Of a DNA stretch of 64,000 nt, positions 9,540 through 19,590 are shown piece after piece. How positions within the stretch are numbered: the stretch's first letter is position 1; each line of letters begins with the position of its first letter. Both the position numbers and the translations under genes were made by a program. Origin of the DNA: Methanobacteriota archaeon. GTDB taxonomy: Archaea > Thermoplasmatota > Thermoplasmata > SG8-5 > JAGLSY01. The stretch spans positions 64,001 through 128,000 of the forward strand of contig JAEHCQ010000004.1 of the NCBI GenBank assembly GCA_020696385.1, in the 5' to 3' direction. The notes under the pieces are model-generated. The model was not told the DNA's origin. It was given only the letters and a program-made list of their open reading frames with translations, and ran no database searches.

Positions 9540-10379
9540 CAGCATCGCGATCGTCATCGGCCCCACACCTTTTGGCACAGGGGTGATGGCACTGGCCACT
9601 TCCTTCACACCCTCAAAATCAACATCCCCGACAAGACGGTAGCCCCGCTTGGCACTTGGGTCATCCACGCTGTTTATTCCCACATCAATGACAACGGCAC
9701 CAGGCTTTACCATATCTTGCTTGATATAACCTGGCACTCCAATGGCCGCGATAAGTATGTCCGCCTGACGTGTAAAAACACTCACGTCAGGAGTTCTTGA
9801 ATGGCATATCGTAACTGTTGCATTCGCCCCCTGCTTCTTCTGCATCAGGAGGTTAGCCAGTGGTTTTCCCACGATATTGCTTCGACCGACAATGACCGCG
9901 TGCTTTCCAGATGGGTCGATGCCACTTCTTTCCAAAAGGACCATGATCCCAAGGGGGGTGGCTGGGACAAAATATTCCCTGCCAGACATTATTTTTCCAA
10001 GGGAATCGGCGCTGAAACCATCCACATCTTTTGCCTGGGCTATCGCATCCAGTACCTTGTTGGAATCGATATGGTTTGGAACTGGCATCTGAACCAGAAT
10101 GCCGTGAACCTTATCATCAGTATTCAGGTCCTGAACAAGTGCCAGAAGTTCAGATTCCGTGGTCTCCTCTGGAAGCCGATGAACAAAGGAATTGATACCC
10201 AGCCTTTCACAGGCCCTTTCTTTCATGGCCACATAGGTCTTGGAAGCTTGATTGTCACCCACTATGACGGCAGCCAGTCCTGGAATTATTCCTCTCTCGC
10301 CCAGGCTCTTAATGGCTGGCTTTAACTCTTCCTTCACCTGGGCGGCAATTGCCTTTCCATCAATTATCTCGGCTGTCAT
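9498..10379 (-). CDS. folD: Bifunctional methylene-THF dehydrogenase/cyclohydrolase
   Basis: HGILVQMP, KDVDG, GRSNIVGKP, TPVPKGVGPMTIAML. Confidence 0.97.
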   Translation of the reverse strand: MTAEIIDGKAIAAQVKEELKPAIKSLGERGIIPGLAAVIVGDNQASKTYVAMKERACERLGINSFVHRLPEETTESELLALVQDLNTDDKVHGILVQMPVPNHIDSNKVLDAIAQAKDVDGFSADSLGKIMSGREYFVPATPLGIMVLLERSGIDPSGKHAVIVGRSNIVGKPLANLLMQKKQGANATVTICHSRTPDVSVFTRQADILIAAIGVPGYIKQDMVKPGAVVIDVGINSVDDPSAKRGYRLVGDVDFEGVKEVASAITPVPKGVGPMTIAMLMSNVVKAAENGSL

Positions 10380-10430
10380 CCCGTGGAATATAGGGAAAAG
10401 TCTATTTTAACGTTGGGAATAGGGGGTTCA

Positions 10431-10973
10431 ATGTCTGGAAGAATGACCCTCGGTCTCTACAATTGCTATGATCTGAAGAAGATAAGGGAAGCCCACAGGA
10501 GAGCACTGGCCAGAGCTGGTCCTGTTGCTCTGGCATTTGATTGCAATCTTGTCACATTTGGCTTTCCCTATGACCGGGAAATGCGCACACCAGCAGACAT
10601 TGTGGAATGGATCTCGGATACCACGTCGATAGGCGACAACGGTCAGTATTTGATAGAACTGGCCGAAGCTGGAAGGTTTCAGGCTTTTGATATTCCGAAA
10701 AAAGGCTTTCCTCCGCAATTTGGTGATGTGATCGTCACCACCCGCAAGCCAGAACCAAAGAAGAATATCACCCCTAATGAAGTGGCCAGTCGGGTCAAAA
10801 GAGGCCAATCTGTTCTACTTCTTATCGGCCTTGGACCTCATGGTCTGCCGAAGAAGGTATTCGAGGTTGGAAATCACCATCTGGATATAACACAGAAAGG
10901 CCTATCATTGGAGACCTGCACCGCGATGGGTATAATTCCTGCAGTTTTAGGAACGATAAACCGTAAAGTTTAA
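10431..10973 (+). CDS. DUF531 family protein (SPOUT-like)
   Basis: TLGLYNCYD...HRRALARAGP, IGLGPHGLP, SLETCTAMG. Confidence 0.75.
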   Translation: MSGRMTLGLYNCYDLKKIREAHRRALARAGPVALAFDCNLVTFGFPYDREMRTPADIVEWISDTTSIGDNGQYLIELAEAGRFQAFDIPKKGFPPQFGDVIVTTRKPEPKKNITPNEVASRVKRGQSVLLLIGLGPHGLPKKVFEVGNHHLDITQKGLSLETCTAMGIIPAVLGTINRKV

Positions 10974-10977
10974 ATAT

Positions 10978-11009
10978 TAGACAAAATCCCGTACAAATCT
11001 CTTTATATA
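10978..11009 (+). promoter_or_regulatory. ACAA-N6-GTAC box adjacent to TATA box
   Basis: TAGACAAAATCCCGTACAAATCTCTTTATATA; same motif at 12241-12314 and 21836-21899. Confidence 0.6.
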
Positions 11010-11032
11010 CTCCCGGTCACATATTTATATTA

Positions 11033-12058
11033 ATGAGATGGAACGAGAGCGGAGCTGATAATAGAGGTCATTTTACAGGCATCATTTTAGTACTGGCTCT
11101 ATTAATTATATCCTTTTCCATCATACCTGGTGTTCTGGCAGACGATATGGTATCACCATCAGACAATGCAAATCCTGGTGCTTATTTGGACATTGAGTTC
11201 GTTCTTGACCTGGATGTTGTCAATACCGGTGATTCTCTTTACATATCAGTACTGGTCTTGGAAAATGATTATCCCGTGGAGGGAGCCACTGTTCAGTTAT
11301 TGTCCACCTATTCGGACAATGTCACCATCGAGGTTATCGATGACCTCACTGATCAGGATGGTATGGCTAAATTCATAATTGTTGGCGAGGTACATGAGGA
11401 TAGAAGCATACTTCTGAATGCCATAGCCACCTATAACGGTCATGAGGCCGCTCTGGATTCAAAAGAGGTCACCATACTCTCAAAGCCAACTCCTGTAATT
11501 AATAGGGAAGTTTGGTACATAGGCGCAAGTGCTCTTTTACTACTTTCAATAGGAGCTATAGCCACCGAGGTCGGTAAATATGGAGCTCTTAAGTTAGTCT
11601 TCATACCACTTTATTCTCGAGTGAAGAAAGAAGAGGTATTGGATCATTTCGTTCGAGGTCAGATATATGGGCATATCATGTCCCACCCAGGATCTCATTA
11701 TAATGCGATAAAGCAGGAACTGAAAGTGACCAATGGCACACTGTCTCACCATCTTAGGACATTGGAGATGCAGGGCTTTGTCAAATCACAGAGAGATGGA
11801 ACATACAAGCGTTTCTACCCAATGGGAGCCAAGCATTCGAAGGACAAGGGAATAAGGCTGAGTGATCTTCAACTCAGCATAATCGATTCCCTCAGGCAGA
11901 CAGAGGGCATGACCCAATCCGATATCGCGGCTGGATTAGGTATGAGCCAGCAGTCCATTAGTTATAATTTGAATATACTCGTCAGAAAGGATATTCTTAG
12001 ATTTGAGAGAAATGGTGTCAGAAAGCATTATTTCATAAATGATGATATTTACACATGA
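11033..12058 (+). CDS. Membrane-anchored transcriptional regulator (signal/TM, Ig-like domain, TM, two wHTH domains)
   Basis: Hydrophobic N-terminus, YPVEGATV Ig-like segment, TM, then PLYSRVKKEEVLDHFVRGQI...HHLRTLE and SQQSISYNLNILV HTHs. Confidence 0.8.
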   Translation: MRWNESGADNRGHFTGIILVLALLIISFSIIPGVLADDMVSPSDNANPGAYLDIEFVLDLDVVNTGDSLYISVLVLENDYPVEGATVQLLSTYSDNVTIEVIDDLTDQDGMAKFIIVGEVHEDRSILLNAIATYNGHEAALDSKEVTILSKPTPVINREVWYIGASALLLLSIGAIATEVGKYGALKLVFIPLYSRVKKEEVLDHFVRGQIYGHIMSHPGSHYNAIKQELKVTNGTLSHHLRTLEMQGFVKSQRDGTYKRFYPMGAKHSKDKGIRLSDLQLSIIDSLRQTEGMTQSDIAAGLGMSQQSISYNLNILVRKDILRFERNGVRKHYFINDDIYT

Positions 12059-12240
12059 AAACATTGAGTATATTTTATATCTGGATAAATTAAGTAGATA
12101 ATTTAGAAATATAAGGATTTATATGCATAATCTAATAATCTAATATTTTTCAATCGTTTTCACTACTCCAACACATCTCCAATATACTGCTTTAGACATA
12201 CGCATATTTGGCTAATATCGTCCGCCAAAACAAAGTTAGA

Positions 12241-12314
12241 ACAATGCTTTGTACAAAAGTCCGTACCAAAAATCATTTATATTAGACAAAAATCTGTACA
12301 AGTTTGCTTTTATA
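12241..12314 (+). promoter_or_regulatory. Tandem ACAA-N6-GTAC boxes plus TATA boxes upstream of the peptide ABC operon
   Basis: Three copies of the motif, two followed by TTTATA. Confidence 0.65.
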
Positions 12315-12444
12315 CCATGAAACAATGTTATATCAATTAATGATGACTAAAACAAGATTCCAATAAAATATATATATAGTCACCACTTACAGCGGACTGA
12401 ATTCCATCAGAATTTACGTTGCTGGATATCATAATAAGGAGGTA

Positions 12445-15234
12445 ATGACAATGGTCAAAAATGAGAGGAATAAAAGCAAAAGGATAGCAGCTTTATCAAT
12501 AGCATTTGTATTTGTGATGATATTGAGCGCTTTCCCAGCAGCTGTCGCAGCCCCGGATGAGGGTACTCGACAGGAAGATGACACATACGTGTTGAGAATA
12601 GCTATGCAGGATGATGTCAAGACCCTGAACCCATTGGTTGCAGGAGATGTCTGGACATGGAATGTTATTGGATATCTCTATGAGAGCCCACTTAACTCCG
12701 ATCCTAATACAGACGAATTGATACCATATATCGCTGTTGGCTCTGCCAACGGAACTGGCAAGGGCGCGGATGAAGCCTGGGGCTGGGAAGATATGAACCA
12801 GGGTGTCTTTGGTTTCACACCAGAGGATGACTGGGACATAGGTATGACAGGTATTGCAGAGACAACAATTTTCTATGATTTTACAGATGTGAAATGGCAT
12901 GATGGAACACAGATGACCATCAGAGATGTTTTGTTCGCATACCATATCCAGTCACAACTTCCAGACTGGGTATCCAGTGTTAAGTGTCTTATGGACAAGG
13001 GCGGAGAAGCCGGTACAAACCACACAGATTCACACTATTTGCACATCCAGAAGGTTTACGAGAGTGCAGATGGTCTGCAGGCTGGACTGAGGTTCGAGCT
13101 TCAGACACCTTTCGCAGACTTTTTCAGGAACACACTATCAGCTTTCCTGATCCCATATCACATATGGGGAAACACCGAGTCTGGACAGCCATCTGACAAT
13201 ATGCTCATATGGACTGACCCAGGTTACACAAAGGACAATCCAATGGCATGGGATTCCGCATCAGCTTTGGCTTGGGACAACCCAAAGCCAGTTGGAAGCG
13301 GTGTTTTCAAATTCCACTCATGGAATGTCGGTGTAAGCTCCAAGATCGAAACATATAGGGACCATTTCTACAAAGAGGGATGGAACCCAAGTTATGATCT
13401 CAATGGAGTTGCAAAGCAACCGACCATTGAGTCAATGGTATTCAAGATCTACAAGACAGCGGAACAGGCCGTTTTGGCTCTGAAGAACAATGATGTGGAC
13501 TACATAGCATGGTCCATTCCACCAACCTTCGTTCAAGAGATAATGAACGAGCCGGATCTTGGTGTTAAGCAATCTGCTGAGAAAGGTTTCTTCTACCTGT
13601 CTTACAATATGAGGCCAAACAAGAGATCCTTCGGATACGATGATAATGGTGTGGATGTAGGCATGCCACTCAGGAAGGCCATAGCCCACTGTATCGATAA
13701 GCAGACAATTGTTCAGAGGCTGCTTCAGAACTTCGGTATACCTGGAGATGGACCTGTGTCATCAATTAGTACATGGTACAATGAGACCATTCCAAAGTAT
13801 GCTTTCGACCCTGCAGAGGCCAAGAACATCCTTACCAGGGCAGGTTACAAATTGACTAACCCAAGTGCCGAGCCAGGCGTCGGTAACTGGTGGCTCAACC
13901 CAGATGGCTCAAATATTGGTAATTCTGATGGCGGTAAGATAGAGATATTGACACCACCTGCAGATTATGATCCAATAAGGGCTCAGGCTGGATTGATGAT
14001 CGCCAAGCAAATGCAGGATATCGGTATCTATGCAGAGTCCATTGCTATGGATTTCGGAACCATCGTCAACCACATCGACCAGAGGGATTTCGATATGTAC
14101 ATCCTTGGATGGAGTATCGGTAGTGACCCAACAGATTTCTTGTATGCTTTCTTCCATTCCAGCACAGCAGCAGCAGGTCAGAATTACCCTGGATACTCCA
14201 ATGCCAGTTTCGATTCTATAATCGATGAGGCAAGGGAGACTGGAGATGAAGATGCTAGACTGGAGCTCATCAAGGATGCCCAGGCATCTATCACATATGA
14301 TCTTCCATACGATGTCCTGTATTTCAGGACCAATATCGAAGCATACCGTGCAGACAGGTTCACAGGCTGGGTAACCGGATCATCTGGTTCTATCTACAAC
14401 TGGAGATCTATTCTCGAGCTGAGGCCTCCATCAAATCAGTGGCTGAATGCTAGATTCGTCAACACAGTATCTGCTATCGAATCCAATGCAACCACCGATG
14501 TCGAGGTACTTGTTACCGGGATCACAAAGAACTCTGACGGAACTCTTTCAAGAGAGCCAGTCAAGAATGCATTTGTCGAGCTCGCAGTGACAAATGGAAC
14601 TTTATCCATATACAATGGAACAACAGATTCAACTGGAAAATTGAGAACCTCTTTTACAGCACCATATGTGCCGTCAAATGCGGAATTCGATAAGAATGGA
14701 TCTGGTATTCTCATTGAGATAGTGAGTGCTGAATTGGAAGGATATGATATCGCTCCGAATAAGCTGACTCTTTTGACAGCTTATCCAGAAGGTGTAGATT
14801 TCCTTGCGGTTCAGATGGAAGCCGACCCGGATGTTATAGACGATAAAGATGCAACAGGAACACCTGGACTTACAAGTGTTGTTGTTACAATAACAGATCA
14901 GTCTAATAATCCAGTCAGTGGAGCAAGCGTGGTTGTAAAGGTAGATCCAAATGAACCCGATGTTTCACCATCGGAGGCTACCACCGATTCGAATGGAGAA
15001 GCGACCTTTACATTCAAGGCCGTGGATATAGATGAAGACAAGGAATACACTGTAAGTGTGATAGCATTCAAGGATGGTTTCAAGAATGGAACACAATCCA
15101 TGCCTATCAACGTTATCAATGTAGAAGATGCTGTAGTAGTACAGGAGACACCGTTCCCCTCGTTCTTACTTATTGCATCACTGTTCTCGATAACGGCCGT
15201 TGCAACAGCAGTGTTTAGAAAAATAAGGGTCTAG
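12445..15234 (+). CDS. oppA: Peptide ABC transporter substrate-binding protein (family 5) with C-terminal Ig-like domains and membrane anchor
   Basis: KTLNPL, VKWHDG..TIRDV, PVGSGVFKF, RKAIAHCID; C-terminal TM with basic tail. Confidence 0.9.
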   Translation: MTMVKNERNKSKRIAALSIAFVFVMILSAFPAAVAAPDEGTRQEDDTYVLRIAMQDDVKTLNPLVAGDVWTWNVIGYLYESPLNSDPNTDELIPYIAVGSANGTGKGADEAWGWEDMNQGVFGFTPEDDWDIGMTGIAETTIFYDFTDVKWHDGTQMTIRDVLFAYHIQSQLPDWVSSVKCLMDKGGEAGTNHTDSHYLHIQKVYESADGLQAGLRFELQTPFADFFRNTLSAFLIPYHIWGNTESGQPSDNMLIWTDPGYTKDNPMAWDSASALAWDNPKPVGSGVFKFHSWNVGVSSKIETYRDHFYKEGWNPSYDLNGVAKQPTIESMVFKIYKTAEQAVLALKNNDVDYIAWSIPPTFVQEIMNEPDLGVKQSAEKGFFYLSYNMRPNKRSFGYDDNGVDVGMPLRKAIAHCIDKQTIVQRLLQNFGIPGDGPVSSISTWYNETIPKYAFDPAEAKNILTRAGYKLTNPSAEPGVGNWWLNPDGSNIGNSDGGKIEILTPPADYDPIRAQAGLMIAKQMQDIGIYAESIAMDFGTIVNHIDQRDFDMYILGWSIGSDPTDFLYAFFHSSTAAAGQNYPGYSNASFDSIIDEARETGDEDARLELIKDAQASITYDLPYDVLYFRTNIEAYRADRFTGWVTGSSGSIYNWRSILELRPPSNQWLNARFVNTVSAIESNATTDVEVLVTGITKNSDGTLSREPVKNAFVELAVTNGTLSIYNGTTDSTGKLRTSFTAPYVPSNAEFDKNGSGILIEIVSAELEGYDIAPNKLTLLTAYPEGVDFLAVQMEADPDVIDDKDATGTPGLTSVVVTITDQSNNPVSGASVVVKVDPNEPDVSPSEATTDSNGEATFTFKAVDIDEDKEYTVSVIAFKDGFKNGTQSMPINVINVEDAVVVQETPFPSFLLIASLFSITAVATAVFRKIRV

Positions 15235-15306
15235 CTTAGCTAGATCCTTCTTTACCTTTTTATCGGAGAGTCCGAGAGAGAAAGGAAGGAAATCGGAGAT
15301 GTTTAA

Positions 15307-17277
15307 ATGAGACTGAGGAAATATCTGGTCAAACGAACGATACACATGGTAATTACCTTGTTGATCGTCCTAGTGCTCTTATTCGTATTGTTCAGGCTGA
15401 TGCCTGGAGATGCGGCCATGGGCCTTTTCATGACACCAGGAATAACAGATATCGAGAAGGATCAAATAGCCCTGAGATATGGATTTGCCAAAGAGGTTGA
15501 TTATCCAGGAAATCATTTCGTGTATAATTTCAATCCAACCAGGATTGGACACTACACTATTGATATAGAAGCTGATAGTGATACGGTTCAAACGTCCTTT
15601 GATGTGAATATGGATCCTGCAATTACTGATCTTAACCCACCTACTATATTCGATATTGATGCTATTCCAGCAGGAAATAATACGATAGCTTTGATGGTCA
15701 ATGCCACTGATTCTAATGAAATAAAGAATATAAAATACAGTGTCACAGACCCTGAATTTGTTACCAATTATGATATCATAATGAGTGAGGTCACATCTGG
15801 TCATTATGAGGCCATCATACAGCACACATCAGTAGCTAACAACAAAAACTACAGTGTGATGATTGAAGCTAGTGATATTTACCAGAACACTGCGACCGCG
15901 GCAATGACATTCGAGATAACCGTGGATGCTACATCTGGCAATATTACAAGCATTGCTCCATCATTCAAGATGTGGAACCTGATGGTGGGAGTATCTGATG
16001 GTGATGTTGCTGCTAACGGCGAATCTTTGCCAATAATGGCTCAGATCGAAGGTGCGACCTCTGTTGAGATGGTAGTGGTGACCCCAGACAATACGACATC
16101 ACAGCCACTCACTCTTACACAGGGTGCGAATTGGTACAATGGATCTTATGCTATTCCTATCAATGGAATGTTTATCATAGATGTCGAAGCCGATGGAATA
16201 GAGATATCATCGTCCTTCCCTGTCAATGCAGCTTCTTCCAGCCTGTCCCTGCCAGCCGACTCAACGATCTTGTCAGCTTTCACGATGCAGAGAGAGGTCA
16301 ATGGGATATTGGTAGATGAATATCCATTCATTTACGATCAAGCTTCCATTCCCGAGATAGTGGTAAATGTATCCGCAGTCCAAGGTGGAGAGAGGTTCTC
16401 AGACAATTTGGAGGGGCATATCACCTTTCCAGATGGAGCAGTCTCAACTGTCTACCTCAGTCATCCGGTTGATGTTGTTGACAGAGGCATGCTTGAGCAG
16501 TTCCTTTACTACATGAAATCCATGCTTCTGTTCGACTTTGGAAATTCCTTTGAGGATAACAGACCAGTCTGGGATGTTATTCTTGAGAGAGTGCCACCAA
16601 CCCTATTACTGTTCGGAAGCTCTTTGATATTGAGTTATATGATCGGTATCGTAGTTGGTGTCGTAGTCGCATGGAGGAGAGGCACAGCTCTTGAACTAGG
16701 AACTATTGTTGCAACTCTATTCTTGTACTCTATGCCGATCTTTTGGTCTGCTTTGATAGCTCAATGGCTATTCTTTGTTCAACTTGAATGGTTCCCTCTG
16801 AGTGGTCTCGGAGGTGTTTCCATGACCGGTGATAAACTTCTTGGTATGGAATATTTCGTTGATGTCATATGGCATTTGACTTTACCACTTATGACCTTGA
16901 CGGTATTAGGTTTGGCAGGTACCATCCTTCTGATGCGTAGCTCCATGCTAGAGGTTATGGGTGAGGATTTCATCACAACAGCCAAGGCAAAAGGTTTGAA
17001 GACCAGGCAGGTCGTGTACAGACACGCTGCCAGAAATGCGATGTTGCCAGTTGTGACATCCATGGCACTTTCACTAGGTGGTATCATCAGTGGTGGTGTT
17101 TTGACAGAAACGATCTTTTCATGGCCAGGAATGGGAACACTTCTGGTTAGAGGGACATTGATGCACAATTACCCGATTGTCCAGGGCGCATTCTATATCA
17201 TGGCAGGCATGACCGTTCTCGGAAACATGTTCGCCGATATACTGTATGCGTATCTAGATCCGAGGGTCCAATTATGA
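15307..17277 (+). CDS. oppB: Peptide ABC permease B with large extracellular insert
   Basis: RLMPGD, DFGNSF, DFITTAKAKGL, HAARNA, ETIFSWPGMG, LDPRV. Confidence 0.9.
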   Translation: MRLRKYLVKRTIHMVITLLIVLVLLFVLFRLMPGDAAMGLFMTPGITDIEKDQIALRYGFAKEVDYPGNHFVYNFNPTRIGHYTIDIEADSDTVQTSFDVNMDPAITDLNPPTIFDIDAIPAGNNTIALMVNATDSNEIKNIKYSVTDPEFVTNYDIIMSEVTSGHYEAIIQHTSVANNKNYSVMIEASDIYQNTATAAMTFEITVDATSGNITSIAPSFKMWNLMVGVSDGDVAANGESLPIMAQIEGATSVEMVVVTPDNTTSQPLTLTQGANWYNGSYAIPINGMFIIDVEADGIEISSSFPVNAASSSLSLPADSTILSAFTMQREVNGILVDEYPFIYDQASIPEIVVNVSAVQGGERFSDNLEGHITFPDGAVSTVYLSHPVDVVDRGMLEQFLYYMKSMLLFDFGNSFEDNRPVWDVILERVPPTLLLFGSSLILSYMIGIVVGVVVAWRRGTALELGTIVATLFLYSMPIFWSALIAQWLFFVQLEWFPLSGLGGVSMTGDKLLGMEYFVDVIWHLTLPLMTLTVLGLAGTILLMRSSMLEVMGEDFITTAKAKGLKTRQVVYRHAARNAMLPVVTSMALSLGGIISGGVLTETIFSWPGMGTLLVRGTLMHNYPIVQGAFYIMAGMTVLGNMFADILYAYLDPRVQL

Positions 17278-17281
17278 GGAG

Positions 17282-19585
17282 GTGAGAAAAATGGTTACAT
17301 CAAAACAAATAAAAGAAAAATTCAGAGACACAAAACGTTCATTCACACATAACTGGAATCTCTTCAAGGAGAACAAGGTGGGTCTTCTGGGCCTTGCAAT
17401 AATGGTGGCTTTCATATTGATCGCAGCTACATCTCCTTTAATGGGATTGAAGCACCCGATTGATTGGTTTGCTCCGGATGAGGACGTGGTCAATGTTGAG
17501 AACTATTTGAATCAGAAGGCAGATGGAATTGTGACTACTAGCGCTGTAGGAAGAATAGTTCCTTCTGCGAATTCCAAGCCTGTTGACCGACTATATTTAG
17601 CAGGTGGTGAAGAGGGTTCGGTCTTATCGCCTTATGGCCTTTATGCGAAATCATCCAGTGATGGTAGTCAAGCTTGGCTGAGCTTCTCTGGTGCATTCGA
17701 GACCAATTCCCGAATCTCATCAAATGTCGAAGGCCATAATTTCGGACACAAGAGAGACCCAACTGGAATGGACTTCAGACTGATCTTTGGAACTGAGAAT
17801 GGTGTCGTGTATGTTCTCCAGGATTTATTGAGTTCACAATATCCCCCAACTGGTTCCAGTGTGTATGCTATCAACTTGGATGGCCCAGTTGTTGGTGTTG
17901 ATATTTATGAGTCTATAAATCGATACATGGACAGCGATGATATCTTTGTCGTAACAACCACCAGTTCATTATACATCATGGATGGTTCATTCAATATCAG
18001 ATCCTCTACGTCGGTTTCAAATACAACACTCACCGCCCCCACTATATCTTTGGATGGGGAACAGGTATATGTTGGAACCACTGATGGTCTTATCTATGGG
18101 TTCAACACGTATGATGGAGCACAGATCGGTGTTACATATGATCTGTACGATCCAGCCTATGATTATACTGGAACCACTCCTGCAGAAACAGCTGCAAATG
18201 ATAGGAGGGACTATTGGTCCTCATATCCATTAGTTGCTGAAGGCAAGATCTTCGCATCAACAGATGATGGTAGGATCCATGTATTATCAGATACTGACAT
18301 GATGCCATTGACTGGCTGGGAAGGTGGATACAAGGTCGACACCACACTCGCAGACCTTGATCTTGGAAACCTTACCACCCCATATGTGAGAAGTGATGGT
18401 AATGAGGTTGTAGTTGGTTCGGACACAGGCTATATCTACAGGGTGGCAACAGAGCCAAGAGTGGACACAGTCGAATCAATGGTGAGGCTGGTCTTTGATA
18501 CATCTATCAACGATGCTTTGGATACTTCTTGTGTCGCAATGCCATATTATGATGCAATATACTCGAGGCTCATATTTGCCACGGTGAAGAACTCCAATTA
18601 TACAGCAGACCCAACAGATGACTCCACATTGGTCTATGGAATAGATACAACAGGCGCAGTCAAATGGAGAAAGAGTCTGGATGGCGTAGCTTATGGAACT
18701 CCTATCGTGTATGATGATTATCCTTCTGGATCTGATCAACACAGCGGTGAAGGTGAAGTGATAATAGCTACCTCACAGCTTGATGCGGACGGTAATCCAT
18801 CATCAGGAGTCCGCTCAAAGTTGTATTCATATAGATGTACTGGAACCATGATAGCTCCATTGCCTCCTACATGGACAATGAGTGAAGAGGAACTGCCACC
18901 AAGTGGTATAGACTATCCTCTGGGCACAGATGCTCAGGGTAGGGACATACTGAGTCAGCTTCTTCTGGGTTCAAGGATCGCTCTATTGGTAGGATTCGCA
19001 GCAGCTATATTCTCGATAAGCATAGGTATGCTGGTTGGTCTGGTATCAGGTTATTACGGTGGCAATGTCGATATAATATTGATGAGGTTCACTGATGTTA
19101 TCCTGACGCTTCCAGGTCTTCCACTGCTTATCATTTTAGCGGCACTGATGGAACCCAGCGTATTCAATATCGTATTCATTATCGGTATTGTCGGTTGGGG
19201 TGGAACTGCCAGGGTTATAAGATCTGAGGTTCTCACATTGAAAGAGAGACCTTTCATCGACTCTGCAAGAGTTTCTGGAGCCAGCAAGACAAGGATCATG
19301 TTCAGGCATATAGCTCCGAACATTCTTCCATTGGCTGTTCTCTATATGACCTTCTATGTTAGTGGTGCTATCCTTTCAGAAGCTTCATTGAGTTTCATTG
19401 GATTGGGTGACCCGCGAACAATGAGCTGGGGAATGATGTTGAACTTCGTTCAGCACGCGAATGCATTGACCGCATGGTGGTGGCTATTGCCGCCTGGCAT
19501 CTGTATCACTCTGATATGTTTGTCTTTCTTCCTTCTTGGAAGAGCATTCGATGAGATCGTTAATCCAAGATTGAGGAGGAGGTGA
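17282..19585 (+). CDS. oppC: Peptide ABC permease C with beta-propeller-like insert
   Basis: PLGTDAQGRD, FIDSARVSGAS, RHIAPN, EASLSFIGLG, SWGMML. Confidence 0.9.
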   Translation: MRKMVTSKQIKEKFRDTKRSFTHNWNLFKENKVGLLGLAIMVAFILIAATSPLMGLKHPIDWFAPDEDVVNVENYLNQKADGIVTTSAVGRIVPSANSKPVDRLYLAGGEEGSVLSPYGLYAKSSSDGSQAWLSFSGAFETNSRISSNVEGHNFGHKRDPTGMDFRLIFGTENGVVYVLQDLLSSQYPPTGSSVYAINLDGPVVGVDIYESINRYMDSDDIFVVTTTSSLYIMDGSFNIRSSTSVSNTTLTAPTISLDGEQVYVGTTDGLIYGFNTYDGAQIGVTYDLYDPAYDYTGTTPAETAANDRRDYWSSYPLVAEGKIFASTDDGRIHVLSDTDMMPLTGWEGGYKVDTTLADLDLGNLTTPYVRSDGNEVVVGSDTGYIYRVATEPRVDTVESMVRLVFDTSINDALDTSCVAMPYYDAIYSRLIFATVKNSNYTADPTDDSTLVYGIDTTGAVKWRKSLDGVAYGTPIVYDDYPSGSDQHSGEGEVIIATSQLDADGNPSSGVRSKLYSYRCTGTMIAPLPPTWTMSEEELPPSGIDYPLGTDAQGRDILSQLLLGSRIALLVGFAAAIFSISIGMLVGLVSGYYGGNVDIILMRFTDVILTLPGLPLLIILAALMEPSVFNIVFIIGIVGWGGTARVIRSEVLTLKERPFIDSARVSGASKTRIMFRHIAPNILPLAVLYMTFYVSGAILSEASLSFIGLGDPRTMSWGMMLNFVQHANALTAWWWLLPPGICITLICLSFFLLGRAFDEIVNPRLRRR

Positions 19586-19590
19586 TTTAA

